From: Eledone cirrhosa
Lineage: Eukaryota
NCBI GenBank assembly: GCA_964016885.1
Contig: OZ024744.1
Location: forward strand, 20,770,001 to 20,834,000
DNA length: 64,000 bases
Reading direction: 5' to 3'
The notes under the pieces are model-generated. The model was not told the DNA's origin. It did no database searches and saw nothing but the letters and a program-made list of their open reading frames with translations. Both the position numbers and the translations under genes were made by a program. How positions within the stretch are numbered: the stretch's first letter is position 1; the number at the start of each line of letters is the position of its first letter. Positions 56,601-64,000 of the stretch are shown in pieces.

Positions 56601-59600
56601 ACAGTTAAATCTTAATAACTGACTCGTTTTAACAACAGTTGAATGTTAAGATAAAACTCGTTTTAACAATAGTTGAATCTTAAGAACTGACTCGTTTTAA
56701 CAACAGTTGAATCTTAAGATAAAACTCGTTTTAGCAACTGTTGAATCTTAAGAACTGACTCGTTTTAACAACAGCTGAATCTTAAGATAAAACTCGTTTT
56801 AACAACAGTTGAATCTTAAGAACTGACTCGTTTTAACAACAGTTGAATCTTCAAATAAAACTCGTTTTAACAACAGTTGAATCTTAAGAACTGACTCGTT
56901 TTAACAACAGTTGAATGTTAAGATAAAACTCGTTTTAACAATAGTGGAATCTTAAGAACTGACTCGTTTTAACAACAGTTGAATCTTAAGATAAAACTCG
57001 TTTTAACAACAGTTGAATCTTAAGAACTGATTCGTTTTAACAACAGTTCAAACTTAAGAACTGACTCGTTTTAACAACAGTTGAATCTTATGAACTGACT
57101 CATTTTAACAACAGTTGAATCTTAAGATAACATTCGTTTTAACAACAGTTGAATCTTAAGAACTGACTCGTTTTAACAACAGTTGAATCTTAAAGATAAA
57201 ACTCGTTTCGACAACAGTTGAATCTTAAGAACTGACTCGTTTTAACAACAGCTGAATCTTAAGATAAAACTCGTTTTAACAACAGTTGAATCTTAAGAAC
57301 TGACTCGTTTTAACGACAGCTGAATCTTAAGATAAAACTCGTTTTAACAACAGTTCAAACTTAAGAAATGACTCGTTTTAACAACAGTTGAATCTTATGA
57401 ACTGACTCATTTTAACAACAGTTGAATCTTAAGAACTGATTCGTTTTAACAACAGCTGAATCTTTAGATAAAACTCGTTTTAACAACAGTTGAATCTTAA
57501 GAACTGATTCGTTTTAACAACAGCTGAATCTTAAGATAAAACTCGTTTTAACAACAGTTGAATCTTAAGAACTGACTCGTTTTAACAACAGCTGAATCTT
57601 AAGATAAAACTCGTTTTAACAACAGTTGAATCTTAAGATAAAACTCGTTTTAACAACAGTTCAAACTTAAGAAATGACTCGTTTTAACAAAAGTTGAATC
57701 TTATGAACTCACTCATTTTAACAACAGTTGAATCTTAAGATAACATTCGTTTTAACAACAGTTGAATCTTAAGAACTGATTCGTTTTAATAACAGTTGAA
57801 TGTTAAGATAAAACTCGTTTTAACAATAGTGGAATCTTAAGAACTGACTCGTTTTAACAACAGTTGAATCTTAAGATAAAACTCGTTTTAACAACAGTTG
57901 AATCTTAAGAACTGACTCGTTTTAACGACAGCTGAATCTTAAGATAAAACTCGTTTTAACAACAGTTCAAACTTAAGAAATGACTCGTTTTAACAACAGT
58001 TGAATCTTATGAACTGACTCATTTTAACAACAGTTGAATCTTAAGAACTGATTCGTTTTAACAACAGTTGAATCTTAAGATAAAACTCGTTTTAACAACA
58101 GTTGAATCTTAAGAACTGACTCGTTTTAACAACAGCTGAATCTTAAGATAAAACTCGTTTTAACAACAGTTGATTCTTAAGAACTGACTCGTTTTAACAA
58201 CAGCTGAATCTTAAGATAAAACTCGTTTTAACAACAGTTGAATCTTAAGATAAAACTCGTTTTAACAACAGTTGAATCTTAAGAACTGACTCGTTTTAAC
58301 AACAGTTGAATCTTAAGATAAAACTCGTTTTAACAACAGTTGAATCTTATGAACTAACTCATTTTAACAACAGTTGAATCTTAAGTTAAGACTCGTTTTA
58401 ACAACAGTTGAATCTTAAGAACTGACTCGTTTTAACGACAGCTGAATCTTAAGATAAAACTCGTTTTAACAACAGTTGGATCTTAAGAACTGACTCGTTT
58501 TAACAACAGTTGAATCTTACGATAAAACTCGTTTTAACAACAGTTGAATCTTATGAACTAACTCATTTTAACAACAGTTGAATCTTAAGTTAAGACTCGT
58601 TTTAACAACAGTTGAATCTTAAGACAAAACCCGTTTTAACAACAGTTGAATCTTAAGAACTGTCTCGTTTTAACAACATTTGAATCTTAAGATAAACCTC
58701 GTTTTAACAACAGTTTAATCTTAAGAACTGACTCGTTTTAACAACAGTTGAATCTTAAGACAAAACTCGTTTTAACAACAGTTGAATCTTAAGAACTGAC
58801 TTGTTCTAACAACAGTTCAGCCTTAAGAACTGACTCGTTTTAAAACAGTTGAATCGTTAGAACTGACTCGTTTTAACAACAGTTGAATCTTAAAATAAAA
58901 CTCGTTTTAACAATAGTTGAATCTCAAGAACTGACTCGTTTTAGCAACAGTTGAATCTTAAGATAACACTCGTTTTCATAACAGTTGAATCTTAAGAACT
59001 GTCTCGTTTTAACAACAGTTGAATTTTAAGATAAACCTCGTTTTGACAACAGTTGAATCTTAAGAACTGACTCGTTTTAACAACAGTTAAATCTTAATAA
59101 CTGACTCGTTTTAACAACAGTTGAATGTTAAGATAAAACTCGTTTTAACAATAGTTGAATCTTAAGAACTGACTCGTTTTAACAACAGTTGAATCTTAAG
59201 ATAAAACTCGTTTTAACAACTGTTGAATCTTAAGAACTGACTCGTTTTAACAACAGCTGAATCTTAAGATAAACTCGTTTTAACAACAGTTGAATCTTAA
59301 GAACTGACTCGTTTTAACAACAGTTGAATCTTCAAATAAAACTCGTTTTAACAACAGTTGAATCTTAAGAACTGACTCGTTTTAACAACAGTTGAATGTT
59401 AAGATAAAACTCGTTTTAACAATAGTGGAATCTTAAGAACTGACTCGTTTTAACAACAGTTGAATCTTAAGATAAAACTCGTTTTAACAACAGTTGAATC
59501 TTAAGAACTGACTCGTTTTAACAACAGCTGAATCTTAAGATAAAACTCGTTTTAACAACAGTTGAATCTTAAGATAAAACTCGTTTTAACAACAGTTGAA

Positions 59601-62600
59601 TCTTAAGTACTGACTCGTTTTAACAACAGTTGAATCTTAAGATAAAACTCGTTTTTACAACAGTTGAATCTTATGAGCTAACTCATTTTAACAACAGTTG
59701 AATCTTAAGTTAAGACTCGTTTTAACAACAGTTGAATCTTAAGAACTGACTCGTTTTAACGACAGCTGAATCTTAAGATAAAACTCGTTTTAACAACAGT
59801 TGGATCTTAAGAACTGACTCGTTTTAACAACAGTTGAATCTTACGATAAAACTCGTTTTAACAACAGTTGAATCTTATGAACTGACTCATTTTAACAACA
59901 GTTGAATCTTAAGATAACATTCGTTTTAACAACAGTTGAATCTTAAGAACTGACTCGTTTTAACAACAGGTGAATCTTAAAGATAAAACTCGTTTCGACA
60001 ACAGTTGAATCTTAAGAACTGACTCGTTTTAACAACAGCTGAATCTTAAGATAAAACTCGTTTTAACAACAGTTGAATCTTAAGAACTGACTCGTTTTAA
60101 CGACAGCTGAATCTTAAGATAAAACTCGTTTTAACAACAGTTCAAACTTAAGAAATGACTCGTTTTAACAACAGTTGAATCTTATGAACTGACTCATTTT
60201 AACAACAGTTGAATCTTAAGAACTGATTCGTTTTAACAACAGCTGAATCTTAAGATAAAACTCGTTTTAACAACAGTTGAATCTTAAGAACTGATTCGTT
60301 TTAACAACAGCTGAATCTTAAGATAAAACTCGTTTTAACAACAGTTGAATCTTAAGAACTGACTCGTTTTAACAACAGCTGAATCTTAAGATAAAACTCG
60401 TTTTAACAACAGTTGAATCTTAAGATAAAACTCGTTTTAACAACAGTTCAAACTTAAGAAATGACTCGTTTTAACAAAAGTTGAATCTTATGAACTCACT
60501 CATTTTAACAACAGTTGAATCTTAAGATAACATTCGTTTTAACAACAGTTGAATCTTAAGAACTGATTCGTTTTAATAACAGTTGAATGTTAAGATAAAA
60601 CTCGTTTTAACAATAGTGGAATCTTAAGAACTGACTCGTTTTAACAACAGTTGAATCTTAAGATAAAACTCGTTTTAACAACAGTTGAATCTTAAGAACT
60701 GACTCGTTTTAACGACAGCTGAATCTTAAGATAAAACTCGTTTTAACAACAGTTCAAACTTAAGAAATGACTCGTTTTAACAACAGTTGAATCTTATGAA
60801 CTGACTCATTTTAACAACAGTTGAATCTTAAGAACTGATTCGTTTTAACAACAGTTGAATCTTAAGATAAAACTCGTTTTAACAACAGTTGAATCTTAAG
60901 AACTGACTCGTTTTAACAACAGCTGAATCTTAAGATAAAACTCGTTTTAACAACAGTTGATTCTTAAGAACTGACTCGTTTTAACAACAGCTGAATCTTA
61001 AGATAAAACTCGTTTTAACAACAGTTGAATCTTAAGATAAAACTCGTTTTAACAACAGTTGAATCTTAAGAACTGACTCGTTTTAACAACAGTTGAATCT
61101 TAAGATAAAACTCGTTTTAACAACAGTTGAATCTTATGAACTAACTCATTTTAACAACAGTTGAATCTTAAGTTAAGACTCGTTTTAACAACAGTTGAAT
61201 CTTAAGAACTGACTCGTTTTAACGACAGCTGAATCTTAAGATAAAACTCGTTTTAACAACAGTTGGATCTTAAGAACTGACTCGTTTTAACAACAGTTGA
61301 ATCTTACGATAAAACTCGTTTTAACAACAGTTGAATCTTATGAACTAACTCATTTTAACAACAGTTGAATCTTAAGTTAAGACTCGTTTTAACAACAGTT
61401 GAATCTTAAGACAAAACCCGTTTTAACAACAGTTGAGTCTTAAGAACTGTCTCGTTTTAACAACATTTGAATCTTAAGATAAACCTCGTTTTAACAACAG
61501 TTTAATCTTAAGAACTGACTCGTTTTAACAACAGTTGAATCTTAAGACAAAACTCGTTTTAACAACAGTTGAATCTTAAGAACTGACTTGTTCTAACAAC
61601 AGTTCAGCCTTAAGAACTGACTCGTTTTAAAACAGTTGAATCGTTAGAACTGACTCGTTTTAACAACAGTTGAATCTTAAAATAAAACTCGTTTTAACAA
61701 TAGTTGAATCTCAAGAACTGACTCGTTTTAGCAACAGTTGAATCTTAAGATAACACTCGTTTTCATAACAGTTGAATCTTAAGAACTGTCTCGTTTTAAC
61801 AACAGTTGAATTTTAAGATAAACCTCGTTTTGACAACAGTTGAATCTTAAGAACTGACTCGTTTTAACAACAGTTAAATCTTAATAACTGACTCGTTTTA
61901 ACAACAGTTGAATGTTAAGATAAAACTCGTTTTAACAATAGTTGAATCTTAAGAACTGACTCGTTTTAACAACAGTTGAATCTTAAGATAAAACTCGTTT
62001 TAACAACTGTTGAATCTTAAGAACTGACTCGTTTTAACAACAGCTGAATCTTAAGATAAACTCGTTTTAACAACAGTTGAATCTTAAGAACTGACTCGTT
62101 TTAACAACAGTTGAATCTTCAAATAAAACTCGTTTTAACAACAGTTGAATCTTAAGAACTGACTCGTTTTAACAACAGTTGAATGTTAAGATAAAACTCG
62201 TTTTAACAATAGTGGAATCTTAAGAACTGACTCGTTTTAACAACAGTTGAATCTTAAGATAAAACTCGTTTTAACAACAGTTGAATCTTAAGAACTGACT
62301 CGTTTTAACAACAGCTGAATCTTAAGATAAAACTCGTTTTAACAACAGTTGAATCTTAAGATAAAACTCGTTTTAACAACAGTTGAATCTTAAGTACTGA
62401 CTCGTTTTAACAACAGTTGAATCTTAAGATAAAACTCGTTTTTACAACAGTTGAATCTTATGAGCTAACTCATTTTAACAACAGTTGAATCTTAAGTTAA
62501 GACTCGTTTTAACAACAGTTGAATCTTAAGAACTGACTCGTTTTAACGACAGCTGAATCTTAAGATAAAACTCGTTTTAACAACAGTTGGATCTTAAGAA

Positions 62601-62660
62601 CTGACTCGTTTTAACAACAGTTGAATCTTACGATAAAACTCGTTTTAACAACAGTTGAAT
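53690..62660. repeat. Roughly threefold tandem amplification of a ~2.75-2.79-kb (81-82 monomer) block
   Basis: TTTAATAACAGTTGAATG at 55031/57785/60572, AACATTTGAATC at 55921/58675/61462, GTTTTATCAAC at 53804/56592 and GTTTTTACAAC at 59651/62438. Confidence 0.85.
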
Positions 62661-64000
62661 CTTATGAACTAACTCATTTTAACAATAGTTGAATCTTAAG
62701 TTAAGACTCGTTTTAACAACAGTTGAATCTTAAGAACTGACTCGTTTTAACAACAGTTGAATATTAAGACAAAACCCGTTTTAACAACAGTTGAATCTTA
62801 AGAACTGTCTCGTTTTAACAACAGTTGAATCTTAAGATAAACCTCGTTTTAACAACAGTTTAATCTTAAGAACTGACTCGTTTTAACAACAGTTGAATCT
62901 TAAGACAAAACTCGTTTTAACAACAGTTGAATCTTAAGAACTGACTTGTTCTAACAACAGTTCAGCCTTAAGAACTGACTCGTTTTAAAACAGTTGAATC
63001 GTTAAAACTGACTCGTTTTAACAACAGTTGAATCTTAAAATAAAACTCGTTTTAACAATAGTTGAATCTCAAGAACTGACTCGTTTTAGCAACAGTTGAA
63101 TCTTAAGATAACACTCGTTTTCATAACAGTTGAATCTTAAGAACTGACTCGTTTTAACAACAGTTAAATCTTAATAATTGACTCGTTTTAACAACAGTTG
63201 AATGTTAAGATAAAACTCGTTTTAACAATAGTTGAATCTTAAGAACTGACTCGTTTTAACAACAGTTGAATGTTAAGATAAAACTCGTTTTAACAATAGT
63301 GGAATCTTAAGAACTGACTCGTTTTAACAACAGCTGAATCTTAAGATAAAACTCGTTTTAACAACAGTTCAAACTTAAGAAATAACTCGTTTTAACAAAA
63401 GTTGAATCTTATGAACTCACTCATTTTAACAACAGTTGAATCTTAAGATAACATTCGTTTTAACAACAGTTGAATCTTAAGAACTGATTCGTTTTAACAA
63501 CAGTTGAATCTTAAGATAAAACTCGTTTTAACAACAGTTAAATCTTAAGAACGGACTCGTTTTAACAACAGCTGAATCTTAAGATGAAACTCGTTTTAAC
63601 AACAGTTGAATCTTAAGAACTGATTCGTTTTAACAACAGTTCAAACTTAAGAACTGATTCGTTTTAACAACAGTTGAATCTTAAGATAACATTCGTTTTA
63701 ACAACAGTTGAATCATACGAACTGACTCGTTTTAACAACAGTTGAATCTTAAGAACTGACTCGTTTTAACGACAGCTGAATCTTAAGATAAATCTCGTTT
63801 TAACAACAGTTGAATCTTAAGAACTGACTCGTTTTAACGACAGCTGAATCTTAAGATAAAACTTGTTTTAACAACAGTTCAAACTTAAGAAATGACTCGT
63901 TTTAACAACAGTTGAATCTTATGAACTGACTCATTTTAACAACAGTTGAATCTTAAGAACTGATTCGTTTTAACAACAGCTGAATCTTAAGATAAAACTC

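Larger units (their letters stand above)
1..64000. repeat. 34-bp satellite tandem array (~1,880 monomers), running off both window edges
   Basis: The monomer ATCTTAAGATAAAACTCGTTTTAACAACAGTTGA occupies 1-34 and the next starts at 35. The core GTTTTAACAACAGTTGAATCTTAAG recurs every 34 bp (occasionally 33 or 35) to the end. No unique sequence or strand switch was seen. Confidence 0.99.

Noticed and set aside
1-64000. CRISPR array (a ~26-bp partly palindromic repeat beginning GTTTTA with variable intervening bases)
   Set aside because: The variable part is only ~8 nt, its alleles are related and reused hundreds of times, and no unique 25-45-nt spacers, leader or cas genes are present.
1-64000. 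Giant repetitive protein-coding ORF
   Set aside because: 34 is not a multiple of 3, so the frame rotates with each monomer. The TTAA motifs give TAA stops on both strands, so every frame closes within about three monomers.
1-64000. Functional transcription-factor or methylase motifs (E-box/Myb CAGTTG or CAGCTG, AP-1 TGACTCA, GANTC HinfI/CcrM)
   Set aside because: These short motifs are multiplied passively by the repeat, A-type and several other alleles lack the second GANTC, and there is no host context or adjacent gene to support a function.
1-64000. Telomerase-type telomeric repeat, or plasmid iterons
   Set aside because: The unit lacks a G-rich strand and shows ordered variants with kb-scale duplications typical of recombination-driven satellite. 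Its copy number is far above that of iteron clusters and no rep gene is present.
1-64000. Pure sequencing or amplification concatemer artefact
   Set aside because: Hierarchically inherited variants and nested duplications of different apparent ages indicate a real evolutionary history, although individual near-identical blocks could still be misassembled.
1-64000. A message encoded in the order of variable-window alleles
   Set aside because: The order is adequately explained by duplication and deletion of blocks, and nothing in the window indicates a reader mechanism.

Overview
The whole 64-kb window is one uninterrupted, head-to-tail, single-orientation tandem array of an AT-rich 34-bp monomer (about 1,880 copies; 26-32% GC). 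It has two dominant forms, A = ATCTTAAGATAAAACTCGTTTTAACAACAGTTGA and B = ATCTTAAGAACTGACTCGTTTTAACAACAGTTGA, plus a limited set of recurrent variants. I see no genes, RNA genes, transposons or true CRISPR spacers. It reads as non-coding satellite DNA; the host cannot be identified from this window alone. The interest is structural. (1) A nearly constant core flanks a short variable window whose alleles often each complete a different inverted repeat. (2) Variant monomers recur in a fixed order, forming a degenerate higher-order repeat of about 45-50 monomers. (3) There are nested tandem duplications of about 1.0, 1.3, 1.7, 2.8, 3.3, 3.4 and 16-20 kb. Offsets were counted by hand from rare marker variants, so block boundaries are approximate.
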